A stretch of DNA of 64,000 bases, taken from NCBI RefSeq assembly GCF_006345805.1, contig NC_042999.1, forward strand, positions 76,446,001 to 76,510,000. The letters are read 5' to 3'. Shown here in pieces: positions 38,774-52,672 of this stretch. This stretch comes from Octopus sinensis. Its lineage: Eukaryota. The notes beneath the pieces are model-generated. The model searched no databases and was not told the origin of the DNA. It saw only the letters and a list, made by a program, of their open reading frames with translations. A program made the position numbers and the translations under genes. Numbering within the stretch: position 1 is the stretch's first letter; each line of letters starts with the position of its first letter.

Positions 38774-41339
38774 TCGCCATCATTGTCCTCCCCAGCATTC
38801 TTCTGCTGTCTTCATTTCCTTTTAAATAATTATCGGAACTGAGTTTGAATTAAATGTCACAGAGAAAGACGATAAATAAAGAGACCGAGAGAGTGATAGG
38901 GAAGGAAAGAAAGACAGAAAGGAAGGAGCAAGACTACTAAATGTTCTAATGCCTCACCACATGATGTGTACGAGTGTACCTTTATATTTGAACAGACATA
39001 CACATATATACGCTCAATGCATACATGCACATATATAAACACATGCATACGTACAAAAATACAAAAATACATACATACATACATACATACATACATACAT
39101 ACATACTCGCCTACACCATTGTGTGTTGAGCAATTAGTCACTTCCAGTCATTTTCCTCTGCAATATATGTATATATATATATGTATGTATATGTATTATT
39201 ACGTTGACTTATATATGTGGGTTTTTTTTTTACAATTCTTTAAATGACATGCGAGTGAGAGAGAATGGGTAGAGGGAGAGACGCTCAAGATTTGAAAGAG
39301 AGGAAGAAAGAAGAAAGTCTGAAATTCCATAGATGATTTCAAGTCAACGAAAGACATGATTCCTAGCCGTTGTTTCCTTATATTCAACATTTATCTTTCG
39401 TTAGGCGAAAAGTGATTACCGTGGTATTTCGAGCATATCCCGAAATGAAACGCGGAATCTGAAAGTAGCTTTAATTTGATTTACTGTAGAGTCTAACATA
39501 AGAGCAAATGAGAAGGCGTGATTGAAAACTAAGTATTTGGAGATTGAAGCCATCAGGAAGACAACACATTGCAGATTACAGCGTGGCCTGTCAGATTATT
39601 GAGTAAGAATCCAATTTTATGACGAGTTATGTAATACAACCTACCGTAAATTGCTGCTGTCTGTGAGTCTGTCAAAAATATGATTGCAATCCAGCTCATA
39701 ATATATTGAATTATATAATGTAACTAAGTACACAAGATAACCTATAAGGGAGCAGAGAGCAAAGCAACACGTTCGAAATGGAACTGGGGAATGCATATTC
39801 CGATCTTATACGATAAGAATGTGAAGAATTCAGGCCGCCTCCCTGACAACTATATGATATAGTGAATTGTAGATAACATGCATGGGTATTTAATACGATA
39901 GATTTCAGTTCACTATTTCAGAGGATACCGAGCAAGACAGAAATGTTGAAAGTGGCAGAGTTTTCTCTAAAATGCTACTTTAAAAATAATACCTACCAAT
40001 ACGTTACAAACAACTGAGTCAGGTGAAGTAAATGTTTGATACATTTTAAGTATATTGTGAAGAGACGAAAGATGAGTTTGATTCCTGTCATATTTGAAGC
40101 TTCGGAACTAAATGAACGAACGTTCTTTTTAGTGTCTGGATGAAATAATGTTAGGAATTGAATTCGGTACCTACTATGCCTGCACACGCAGGCATGCATA
40201 CATCCATACATACATATTCATAGGTGTGTGTGTGTGCGTGTGTGTGTGTGTGTGTATGTGTAGGACGTATAAAAGTAAATGTGGTAGCTTTATATAGCTT
40301 TGTAATTTTTAAGTACGTACCTACGTTTGGCAGAGCATGAAATATTTAATTTTGTGTGCTTAATCAATAATTTAATTTCTTAGTTCAAGATAGACTTTCT
40401 AGGCTTCAAAAACTGCCGATAGTATTTAGTCACGTATAAATTGACCCCTTATCTAAAAGTCACCAGTGATTGATATGGAGTTTATAGCTATATTTTTCTA
40501 AAACCTGATAAATGTTACTAGTTTCGTGTCAAATCGTGTTTTGAAATGTTCTAAATGTTCAATTATAACGGTAGATTTTCCTCTAAAGTTGCTCAGAATT
40601 CTATATAATCAACCCAGTTTTTGCTAACGTTACCAGTAAAAGTATCAGCATATATAACTCATTTTATTCCAGGCAGTTCTTCTGACTGAGTATACACTTT
40701 GTGACGTTAGATGAGAAATGTATGGACTATAATAATAATTAACGAAATTACAGAAACACAACCAAGTCAAAGAGGGAGTTCCATGAAGGCCACGTGACTT
40801 GTTAAAAAAGGACGCAAAAAGTATCTCAGTTACTGAACCATGTATTTCTAGACACATTGACTGAAAAGGGGACAAGTAAATCTTGTTGATCAAATGTATA
40901 ATTGATCAGGGCTGACCTGAGGCTAAACAACAACAAAAATAAATATATAGCACACAGATGATGGCTAAGTATATAAGGCACTAGACTACACATTAATATC
41001 TCAAGGATATTGTCTTTTCTCCTATTCTATAAAAAAAATTTGCGCCAGACATCAATTTCCAAAGCTGCAAGTTTTAGCTCTACTTCAATTCAGCCGCTGT
41101 CAATAGATTTAAGTTAGAAATATCAGAAATATTTTCTTTATTAAGCCCCAAAGACGAGTCTATGAATCAAAATAATGGCGTATATGAAAGGAAACTTCAT
41201 GTTTTATATATCAGTAAAGTTTTAAGTTGTTAAACATCTCAGGTGGACTAAATTATATTGTCACCTATAGACGTTTGCGACAAATTTCTATAATAAATAT
41301 CTAGATATTCTACACGTGTAGAAATCTGTGAAGTGCGAT

Positions 41340-41374
<35 letters not shown>

Positions 41375-42117
41375 TATGTGTGAATGTGTGAGAGCGTGTG
41401 TAGGGGAAATATGCATACATATACCCATTTACGAATGTCTACATATATAAATATGTATGTAGTTGGTTGTATTTTATTACAAACAATAGCATTAATACAG
41501 TAAAATCTTACTCATGCCAGCAAATGATACAGTAGAAAGTTTATTACTATTCATTCTGTGGTTGTCATAATGTCTGCTCCTACAAATTCTGTAAATTATC
41601 GAAAATATCAATAATAACTGTAGTAGTAGTAGTAGTAGTAGTAGTAGTGTCTAAGCACATATCTATAGGTAATTGGTAGAATTCATTGTATTTTTCCCTG
41701 TTTTATTACTGGTAATTTTATGAGTGAACGACGGAACTTTTAGAAGCAGGAATAACACCAAACCTTTCTTTATGTTATTACATCATACCAATTTTCAAAA
41801 ATAACATAATGAATGATGTAGTCCGGAGTGCATTACGCCCGACAAAAGATGGAGTGGTAACTTCTGTAATGCTTTTGGTAGAAGGTATTCTCAATCAAAT
41901 CTGATGTGTAGCTAAACAACTTCAAGACCATCAACAACAACTGATAAATCTTTTATCGATTTCTTGTGGCCAAAAAGGCAAAATCTACTTTGAGGAAATT
42001 TGAATAGAGAAACAACAACAGAAACTAAACGCTGACATATTTCCTATATCTTAGTTTCAGCTATCTCAATGATTTAAAATTTTTAACATTAGCCCTAGAA
42101 CGTAAAAAAGTTATGAG

Positions 42118-42181
<64 letters not shown>

Positions 42182-42264
42182 ATAAGATCGTTAATTTAAA
42201 AATAAAATAACGATTTTATCAAGTGGTCAGCATGGTAGAGATAGCCTTCAAAGGTAATGATTAT

Positions 42265-42463
42265 TAAAATTATAAATTAGGGTATCTAATTAGGGTATCT
42301 AAATCCAGAAATCCAGGATCTAGAATTATCCAGTAATTTTTTACTAGTTTCATCTCGTCTCTTTGTTTTATTTACGTGCTGGTATATGGACAATTAAGGT
42401 GGTTTTAGAGTCAAATCATGGCTGCTATTTTCAGCATGGTGGTATCTCGTAGATACCCTAATT

Positions 42464-42473
<10 letters not shown>
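42265..42473. mobile_element. Small MITE-like element with 24-bp perfect inverted repeats
   Basis: TAAAATTATAAATTAGGGTATCTA (42265-42288) and its reverse complement (42450-42473). Confidence 0.6.
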
Positions 42474-42501
<28 letters not shown>

Positions 42502-44599
42502 CTATCCCAGTCAACCACCAGAAGTATTTTTCTTCAATCTACACGAGTGAACGACAGAAAATTCGATCAGTTGAATTAAGAACGTAAAGAAGAGACGGAA
42601 CTATATATACAATTAGACATTTAAACTGATGTTTTACAAATTCAATGACAACGACAGCAATGGCTGTAACAACGACGATAGCAAAGAGGATGCTACAACG
42701 GGGGCGACGATGACGATTATGATGCGTCAAAAACTCGATCGACTGCTGGATGAAACTTCCGCATGCCGTTACAATCTCTTCTATGATAGATGTATGTCTA
42801 CCTCTCCACGTTGGCCAACTACCACTGGAACGGCTTGCCGCCAAGATCATGAGATTATCTTTGGGTATCAGTACCTTGGTAATTACTATGTCTCAAACAA
42901 AAATCACAAAATTCACTTGGCGAAACCAATTTCTCAATTAGTAGCGAAATGGTATAAATCGATGCCTAAGTCTGTCTTTGAATATGATTAACGCTGAGTG
43001 TATTGATATGACATAATGCTGTGGCGTACTGATATGATGCCTGACTGGTAATCAAAAGATTGATCGATAGTTCGCGCAATAATTGTCATTGTTGTGTACA
43101 TGCGAAGATTCTTAACTCATTCTATTGCCACACCTCCTAGTTGCAAGTTAGTCGACAATGATTGTCTCAATATATGATTAATGAGCTTGGGGTAGTGAAA
43201 TCAAATCCTTTTATATACTCTATGCAGGTGGATCCAAATCACTTGGTCGTACGATGTTGGGTCACAACAAAAACCGTTTCTCTTCATCTTAGGACAAAGT
43301 AGCCCGATGAATGTCACTGGTTTCCAGGACACTCCAAAATTCAGTCTGAATGCAAATGCCTGAGATCTAAGTATATTTTTTTGGAATGAATTAACTAAAT
43401 ATTTTAAATTTCTGGTGTTATTTTGAATCGGCTGAACATGTGTTTACCACTATAGAAGAGCACCCGTACTAAACTTAAAAAGTGACGTAACCCTAATTAG
43501 ATTAATGGTTCAGAAATCGATAAACTACTCCACTATGCTCGCGCAGCTTATTCTTTATGAACAGCTATCTTCGGTATTACTTGGATTACATTCCTAGTAA
43601 TAATATGTATTGACTTCCTACTAGACCTTCATTTAACAGCAATTGCATTTTCTCAGCAAAGAAACACTTCTTTGTGATTTATACAAAAAAGTGAAGAACA
43701 AAATGAAAATTAGAATACTTCAGTTGTCTCATCTATTCAGAGATCTGAAAAATCCACATACGACACTTAGAATTGGTAAATTTGATAGATTGTTGTTAGA
43801 AAAAAGACCAATTGTGCTTTACAGATGATGAATAAACAGAGAGAAATGAATGCATCAGGCAGCTGACAAAACAGAGCCTGTTGTCATTTACATAAACATT
43901 ATAAAAGAAAATAACGGAACTGACACACGCAGGTAATAGGAAGAAAGAAGCAAAAAAAAATTCTAGTGTATTATCTACAGTTTGGTGCAGAATTATATTA
44001 CCAATGTCCTTGAAATAAAACTTAATTTGTTACGTAAGGTGGTTGAACTTCAAAGACGTACATCGCTGTGAAAATGAAGCGAAATTAGCCACTACATTGA
44101 CTTAAGTGGATATCTAACACGTTATTTGCAACTCTTTCGCTCTCTATCTTTTACTTTTCTCTCCATCTAACAATCGAAACTTCTGTTACAGGACATTTTT
44201 CATAGTGTGAATATAAAATTAGATTGTCATTGAAATCTCACTGTAATCTATCATTATTTAAATTCTGTTTGGGTTAATTATAATTCTGATTAAGTTTCTG
44301 ATTGAAAGGTCTTTCCGGACAGCTTAGCAAAATGAATACAACTAATTAATAAAAATTCAAACAACAAAATCATTTCATTGCGTTTGTGTAACACATATAG
44401 ATATTGTTTCATTTTGAAGATTCAGAACATCAACTTAGCCGAGATCTGATTTGGGAGATTTATGATGGAACACGTTCCAACCGCAACCTTTTATTATCAT
44501 GCATAAGATTTTGAGATTATAAACCGATATATTCTTCCTACTTTTCAAGTTGGAAGAGTTTGATATGAGGAACATTTGGCTGCTATTAATAGCAAATTG

Positions 44600-44825
44600 A
44601 AGACGGCAATTTGGCAGAACCATTAGTACCCTAGACAAAGTGCTTAGCGGCAGTTTGACCGCCTTTACATTCTGAATTCAAATTCAACCGAGGTCGACTT
44701 AGTCTTTCATTCTTTGATGAAAGTGGTTGATAAAGTACCAGATGAGTACTGTGATAGATGTAAATGACTAGCTCCTCCACCAAAATTTCAGGCATCGTAT
44801 CCACAGTAAAAGGAATGACAAGCAA
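44600..44825 (+). mobile_element. SINE family C, degenerate
   Basis: GCTTAGCGGCAGTTTG...GAATTCAAATTCAACCGAGGTCGACTT...AAAATTTCAGGC. Confidence 0.75.
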
Positions 44826-46174
44826 GTCGAACAACTGCATAGAATTTCTTCTTGGCTCATTGCTTCGAACATATGACCGTACATGTGGCTAAGAAGGATA
44901 TTGATTGGTTAATGTTCAAGCAGAACTAGAAACTCTATCCATCAAACTCAATAACTATACATATTTGTATCTAGCCTGGCTATCACCATCATTGATCGAG
45001 TTAGTCAGTGAATACTACTGAATCTCACACCCCATTTCAAATCAAACCATGGACAACACATCACCGCGCTGCTCATGAATAGAAGTGTACATATCGCCAT
45101 CATTTCTGACATCCTTATACTTAAGCGATTGGTTCTTAGCAATATACAACCTTCTCCAGGCAGCTATAGCGCTTCAAAAAGAGGTCTGTGACATAATACT
45201 TTTAGACATTTGCTGCATTTCAAAACTACGACACATAACTGTTTTTACAATGATTTTGAAATGCCATATGTAGTTCTGGGAGCAGCCATAGCGTTTCAAA
45301 TTGGGGAGCTCTGGCATGCTATGTTTATGCATTTTCTGCATGGCAAAACTGCGATGCTTCTTTACGTGAATTAAAGATCATTGTTTCTGTTATAGGTTTT
45401 CCGGTTTTTTTTTAAGTCATCGGAGCTGTTAGTGAAGCATAAATGGTCCTTTTGAATCTATGTTAAAGAACCTGATGATGCTATTGTTTACATCGGCATT
45501 TAATGAAATAATAATAATAATAATAATAATCCCTTGTGGGTATTTATTGCATTCTGTATAATAACGCTTGTTATCTGGTATGTGGCAAACATTAAGCTGT
45601 AGAAGCATGCCATCCCGTAACAAAGAGTAATGTTAAATATTAATTGCTACGCAAAAAATGGAAAAAAGTCGCACGAACAAAAAAATATGAATAAATAAAA
45701 TTAACACATATTTTCCTATTTTATTTATTTTTTTCCAGTTGATCGTAGATTACATTATAAAATTCTAAATAGTTATTGCCTTAAACATAATATGATCGAC
45801 TAAAACATGAAAAGAAGTTTTTAAAAATTTCGAAACAATATTCTTTTATTGATAGTATTGTTGTTGTTATTGCTATTATTATCGCTATTGTTATTATTAA
45901 GATTTCAGAAATTAAATTACTCATTTCACTATTCACCCACCATTTTTCATCTTATTTTTCATTAAAAAAGTATATAACTAATTAGTAATTTAAGATATTC
46001 AATAATTTGAAATGAAATGACTAAAACAAAACAAAAAAAAAATTACTAGAGAAAAGAAAAAAAATTACAACAAAATACATTAGCTTATAATTTTTTTTTA
46101 ATGTAAAAAATACTTTAAGTTCTAAAATTAAAATAAGAATAATAATTATAATGCATTCTTTTTGCTACAAGGGC

Positions 46175-46210
<36 letters not shown>

Positions 46211-46930
46211 TAATAATAATAATAATAGCAACAACAACAACAACAGTAATGAAAAATCAGATGAACTACGAAAGTGTAACCATATCGATGAAGAAAGAGC
46301 AGGATAAAAACATTCGTACTTCAGTGCTTGACATTTCGACTAAAGATGGCTTCAAAGATATGGTAGGGGGATATCGATAATTGATAGTGAAACAAATGAA
46401 TCATACTTCAATTACAGTGAATATTCTAGAAATTAATTTTGACGCTAACCACTGACCTATGTAAAGAGGGTTGGCTGAAAATGAAAATAACGAAGTACTA
46501 TTGAACGGAGAACACATATACTATTACTTCTTACCGTCCCCCGTTTCCATCTTAGAATTAAACACTTAATTCCGCTTCTTGCTTGTCTTCTGTGCGTATT
46601 GATTTAGATCGACAAGTGTGTGTATCTATTAGTGATACATCTGAATAGCTCTATAAAAACTGCATACGGAGAGGGAGGTCTATCTCTATGCGTGCTTGCA
46701 ATTATGAAACAGAAGTAGAAATCTAGCAAATGAGAAAGATCCAGTATGGTCGCTCAATTGTTAGAAACAGTGACCGATTGTCCTTCAAATAAAGACTTAA
46801 CCTCTTAAAGAAGGGTGCATTTGAAATAATGTAGTCATACACACACAGAAATTGATGGAAGAATCAAGATTGAATACTATTGATCAAAGATCGTTTCACC
46901 TAGGAATGACTTGAATGCTAAACGAAAACA

Positions 46931-46989
46931 GGCGCAGGCGTGACCGTGTGGTAAGAAGCTTGCTTCTCAGAAGCCTGATTCCCACTGCG
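46931..46989 (+). mobile_element. SINE family A head fragment
   Basis: GGCGCAGGCGTGACCGTGTGGTAAGAAGCTTGCTT...CCCACTGCG. Confidence 0.75.
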
Positions 46990-48740
46990 CATGCGTTGTT
47001 GTCAGTGTGCGCATACGTTGTTGTCAGCGTTGTGCGTATCACCGAAAAAAGTGGCCAAGCTGTGTACAGCTGGTGAAAAAAGAAGCTCAACTGTAAGGTA
47101 AGACTTTTGTTTTTTGGGTCCAGTGGGGGTTTGTTGTTTGCGGTAATTATTTTTGTACAAGCTAGAGGTCCTCACTGGATTCTAGACTCTGGTCTACCTG
47201 CGGTTGAGCAAAAGTGGTTCACGTTAAGTGAATATTTTTTTCTCACTTTATTGCGTGAATTGTTGCTTGGGGACTTATTGCGCCTCCTAAAAATTTGTTC
47301 ACTTTTTATGAATTTTTGAAATAATTGAAAGAATTGCTGTTTTGGGGGAGTTTCTTTGCCTCCGAAGATTGAACGACTTGTATACCAGTTTTTGTGGCTG
47401 TTATGTTCCAGTTGTGGCGTTCCAGGTTCTACCTTGGCCGGGAGTACCTAGTGGCTGGCAAATTCTTTTGCTGTGTTTTTGAACTATTAACTTTCTGTCT
47501 TCTAAACTTTTTTCACTTTCATTTTTCGTGAACTGTTTTATTTTTCTTCCTTCTATTTTATTGTGACTTTATTTTGATTTCTTTCTTTTCTTCTTTCTTT
47601 TAAAGTTTTATTTTGAACTATTTTCGAACTGCTATTACAAAAAAAAACATGGCAATGAACAAAGACAATGTTTTGGAGTGGGAAATTAGACCATTCAAAC
47701 AGTGATTGAAAAACCTTGAAGTGAGGATGTGTGGTGTCGCTCGACACCATCGCCCTATTTCAAAAGACTGTAATTGAAATGCAGTTGGCAGTCCCTGTGG
47801 ACCCAATCAGCCAATCTGGTTTTTCCAGATTTTTTTAAATGGCCGGGTGTAGGTACCCGGTGATTCTTGAGGGTCGCCCCCACCCCTAGGTGTCATCGGT
47901 ACCTGGAGCCTGGCCATATAAAAAAACTTCCCCTGGAACAAAGTAAGATCCTGGAGGAGTTGGTTGAGACCTCTGTAGAAGAGGGAACGAAGGCGGAGGG
48001 CTCATCAAAGAAGGGCCCAAGAGGAAATAGGTGAGCAACAATGGGTGGTCACCGATGGATGCTAGGGGCGAAGGAGGGGAGGCGAATCTCCCGGTCACGG
48101 AGGAGACGCAGCCTCCCTCAGGTGAGAAGAAAAAAAAGGAAGAGGAATAGAAATGGGACATTGCCGACAGTACCGAAATGACCCGGAACCTCGTCGGTGG
48201 TGGTTGTGCCACTGGCAGGGGAAGATATACTGTCAGTGAGAATTGTGCCGACGACAGTAGAAGTGACTACCTCGTCCCCGGAGGAAGACGAATTATTGTT
48301 CTTCTTCTACAGAGGCGGAGAGGTGGAGGTGTTGGAAAAGCACCATAAGGGAGTACCTTTAGCCTGCACACGGAATCCCGAATGGCCTCCGCAGATAGCT
48401 GTGAAGGTCATAACGTTGCCCGTTTTGCGTAGGCTGCAGGTACTCAACGAGGAATATCACTTGTGGCCGGGCGACGACGACACGGCACCCGCCTTGTGCT
48501 TGAATGAGACGTGGGAGATGGTGGAGGATGGGGTCACAAGCAATGTTGGGGAGGAATATGGACAAGAGTTTGAAAAGCCTCAGTGTTATTGAAAGTTCCT
48601 AGTTTCGAAAAAGAGCGGTAAGAGGCTTAGTGTCTCATTTTGCTATTGAATTGTGAACAATGTAAGAGGTTTGTTGCCTCATGGATAATATAAGAGGTCA
48701 ATGTTCTCGGGAAGAACGATCGGCGGGCGTCTCCTTTTCC
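46990..48740 (+). mobile_element. Decayed L1/Tx1-like LINE 5' half (5' UTR, ORF1, start of ORF2)
   Basis: ATG at 47649; ILEGRP..CHRYLEPGHIKKLP zinc-knuckle relic (47891-47932); GC-richer ORF1 tail (ORF 48197-48592); NVRGL APE-start motif at 48659-48673. Confidence 0.5.
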
Positions 48741-48847
48741 CCCATTAATCATCATTTTCACTTTTCATTTCGTATAACATTACGTATGTGTCCAGCCTGC
48801 AGCTTCCTATCTCTATGTAAGGCCTTTATGGCCAATATAATGAAATA

Positions 48848-49204
48848 AAGAAGCTTGCTTCCTAACCACATGGTTTCGAGGTCAGTCCCAATGCGTGGTA
48901 CCTTGGGCAAACGATTTCTACTATAGTCTGAGGCCGACGAAAGCCTTGTAAGTGGATGTGGAAACCGAAAGAAGATTGTCGTATATGTGTTTCTGCCTGT
49001 TTGTGTGTCTGTGTTTGTTACCCCATCAACGCTTGACAACCGGTGCCCGTACATTGGTAGTTCAGCAATGAAGTATGAAAGAATAAGTACTAGACTTAAG
49101 AAACAAGTCCTGGGGTCGATTTGCTCGACTAAAATTGTTCAAGGCGGTGCTCCAGCATGGCTGCAGTCAAATGACCGAAGCAAGTAAAAGAATAAAAGAA
49201 AAGA
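48848..49204 (+). mobile_element. SINE family A (about 20 nt missing at 5' end)
   Basis: AAGAAGCTTGCTT...GTACCTTGGGCAA...GGCGGTGCTCCAGCATGGC...GTAAAAGAATAAAAG. Confidence 0.88.
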
Positions 49205-50323
49205 ACTATAAAAACAGCAAATAGATACATCTTTTTGTGTCGTTTGTGGAGTTAATATTAAATTGCCCGAACTACAATAGCGAAAGGAAGCCCAACTAGG
49301 TATAAAACATGGCAGGACAATTTCCTCATTTCTCTCGTCTGCAACGGGAACAGCTAGAAGTCTTTGCATTCGTTTACTTACTACAGCGTAGGCGTTGACA
49401 CATTGAATTTCTGATGAATTATATAATATATTCTGCTTTTGCACATTTTAAATACAGCTGAAACAAATGACACATTTACTACAAATGAATTACAAATATT
49501 ACAAATAAAATATCCCGTCATGCGACACGATATATAGATAGATACACATAAACACACACACATACATATACATACATACATGCATACATACATACACACA
49601 TGTTATGCGTATATGCGTTTATACACACTAGTACATGTATTCCGGCAAAAGTGATAGCAGTTTAAAGAAAAGAAAATCAACTATTCTTTAATAAATTCAT
49701 CGACATAACATATATTCCATATATTTGATATAGACTTGTATAGTAAGAATAATTAAACTTTTATTGAAAATATTTTGAAAGATTGGATCCAAAGAGAATT
49801 AAATATTATAGGAAGTTTCATGCAAATTGTTTTAATATATTATTGAGGCTAAAACAATAAATCTTCTTTATTAAATTGTTAAAGATTTCTCCAACTATTA
49901 TTTTAATAATCACTGGTGAGCCAATGCCACCAAAACTGTCAGTGATTCAAATGTTCAAATATACATTAAAAATTATACTCAGTCATGATTTATGCCAAGA
50001 AACGTGGAAAAAGTCAGCATGAGTTTATAGTTCACAGATTTAATTACTTTAGTTCTTACTGAATGATAATGCGCACGAGATTTCTTAACGATTTTCTTCC
50101 CTAAAAAGATGAAAATTGTAACAAACACCGTTGTTTCAAGTACTAAACTAATGATCAGAATTATGTAAACGATACATACAGAATGAATAATTTGGGCGGG
50201 ACAAAAATAGATACGCACGAACATCCACACCCACACACTACATACATACACACACACACACACACAAACGCACACACACACACACACACACACACAAATA
50301 TATATATATATATATATATATAT

Positions 50324-50620
50324 CACCGTGACCGACCAGGCTATCAGATGTTGCTAAACATCGCTGGTCACAATGCGCTTTGTATTGTTTTAGCATTCAA
50401 GCGACGCCATCCCGCTGGCTAGGCAAGCAGGCCAACAGAAGAAAGAGTGAGAGAAAGTTGTGGCGAAAGAGTAGAGCAGGGATCGTCACCAGCCCCTGCT
50501 GGAGCCTCGTGGAGCTTTAAGTGTTTTCGCTCAATAAACACTCACAACGCCCGGTCTGGGAATCGAAACCGCGATCCTACAACCGCGAGTCCGCTGCCCT
50601 AACCACTGGGCCATTGCACC
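50324..50620 (-). mobile_element. SINE with family B head and a different 3' half
   Basis: 50440-50620 matches the B head and body; 50324-50440 does not match the B tail seen at 5047 or 52735. Confidence 0.8.
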
Positions 50621-50989
50621 TCCTATATATATATATATATAGTTTTGTGGTTGGTGGATATATTGAATTAAATTTTAAGTTTTTCTGGTATGAGATACCC
50701 CTCGTTACTTTCAGTGTTTCATTATGTGTGCATTGGTGTGGTCGTTTGTGAATAAATGCGTCTGTGCCAGAATTTGTGTGCGAATGTTAGTGCGAATGTG
50801 TATTTCTCTGCCTGAGTATTTCATTGAGAATAGGATCTTCTCAAGATATGAAATATCAGTCAAACTTCAACAGGAGTTCGATGTTTTGCAGGGTAGATCC
50901 CGAATACACAAGAATTGAGTGAAGCTAATGTCAAATTTCATTCTGTAGTCATAATCACATAAGATGAAATGTGTGTCTATACACAAACA

Positions 50990-50993
50990 CACA

Positions 50994-51080
<87 letters not shown>

Positions 51081-51105
51081 TATGTGTGTGTGTGTGGATA
51101 GATAG

Positions 51106-51185
<80 letters not shown>
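50990..51185. repeat. (CA)n/(CATA)n/(GATA)n microsatellite
   Basis: Directly visible. Confidence 0.95.
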
Positions 51186-51186
<1 letters not shown>

Positions 51187-51750
51187 CTAGCAGCTAAGCC
51201 CGATTTCACCCGGTCGGTTTGTATGATGTGACTTTAAAACCTGCTCTGTGTAAGCATTCGACTTGAAAGACATTAAAAACCTCAAACTCAATGCGAAATA
51301 TTATACAAAATTTTAAATCCAAAAGAAAAAAATCTGAAACTGAAAAACAAATAACTTAAATACTACAAAGAAAGACTTCACAAAAAATCCCACTTCCATT
51401 GCGCGCGCACACGTACACACACACAGACGCACCCCCCACCTTTACATACTCACACATAGTCACACAGAGTTGAAACGCTGTTTGATTTATTTTTCAGCGT
51501 ACTGTTTTCATCATCTCACTACCAAGTATCACATCACCCCTTCCATCCTTAATCATCTATCACCCCTTCCTTTATCATACAGAAACACAAGAGAATTATT
51601 ATAGTAGATTATCTCGGTAACCATGGGAGCTATGAAAAAATATGACATCACCCCTTCCTACCTTATTCATCTATCACCCCTTCTTTTCTCATTCATAAAC
51701 ATGAGTATTATAGTAGATTATCTCAGTAACCATGGAAGCTATGACAAAAA
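51186..51750 (+). mobile_element. HINE/Helentron-like element with duplicated 3' region
   Basis: Starts ACTAGCAGCTAAGCCCGATTTCACCCGG; TATTATAGTAGAT end motif at 51609 and again at 51719 within an about 110-bp tandem duplication. Confidence 0.5.
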
Positions 51751-51789
51751 TACAAAGCGCAGCATCACCACTGGATCATTCTACACATC

Positions 51790-51991
51790 TCTTTTACTCT
51801 TTTACTTGTTTCAGTCATTTGACTGCGGCCATGCTGGAGCACCGCCTTTAATCGAGCAACTCGACCCCGGGATTTATTCTTTGTAAGCCCAGTACTTATT
51901 CTATCGGTTTCTTTTGCCGAACCGCTAAGTGACGAGGACATAAACACACCAGCATCGATTGTCAAGTAATGCTAGGGGGACAAACACAAAC

Positions 51992-52031
<40 letters not shown>

Positions 52032-52193
52032 GACGGGCTTCTTTCAGTTACCGTCTACCAAATCCATTCACAAGGCTTTGGTCGGCCCGAGGCTATAGTA
52101 GAAGACACTTGCCCAAGGTGCCACGCAGTGGGACTGAACCCGGTACCATGTGGTTGGTAAACAAGCTACTTACCACACAGCCACTCCTGCGCC
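51790..52193 (-). mobile_element. SINE family A, full length, least decayed copy
   Basis: Minus AGGCGCAGGAGTGGCTGTGTGGTAAGTAGCTTG...GGGTTCAGTCCCACTGCGTGGCACCTTGGGCAAGTG...TAAAAGAGTAAAAG. Confidence 0.93.
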
Positions 52194-52297
52194 TGTGTAA
52201 TTTTTCGCACAATTCCACCCAGTCGTTTGACCGTGAATCCCAAGACAAGAAAGAATCTCCAATGATACATTTACATACATATATATATATATATATA

Positions 52298-52672
52298 CAC
52301 TTGCGTCAGAAATTAATTAGCACTTCTCAAATTTCTACATTAAATAGGTTAAATCAATTAACCTATGAGCTGTTCAAAACGTCTTACGCGATGAGAAAAC
52401 TTAGTATGGTGTGATTTCGGTCCTTGCGAGGCGCTACCTATATCTATTAAACAAAGGAAGATTTGTCTGCATCCGCACTCCAAGTTGTTGCACTGCTATG
52501 TCAACATCATAAGGCTTGTAGACTCTCAAACTGCTCTGCAAACAAAGTTACGTCATCGTTCTGCGCAACAGTGAACTCGCAACAAAGCAATAGTTCGATA
52601 TATGGCCACTAGGTGACAGCATATACCTTGAGTGAAGAGCAAATCAAGGGTGCTAATTAATTTCTGACGGTA

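Noticed and set aside
42629-42991. 120-aa ORF
   Set aside because: First half is decayed (GAC/AAC)n; no domain, splice support or codon signal.
46953-48861. AAGAAGCTTGCTTC on both sides of the Tx1-like relic as a 14-bp TSD
   Set aside because: It is internal SINE A sequence, and the left SINE continues past it, so two separate SINE copies explain the match.
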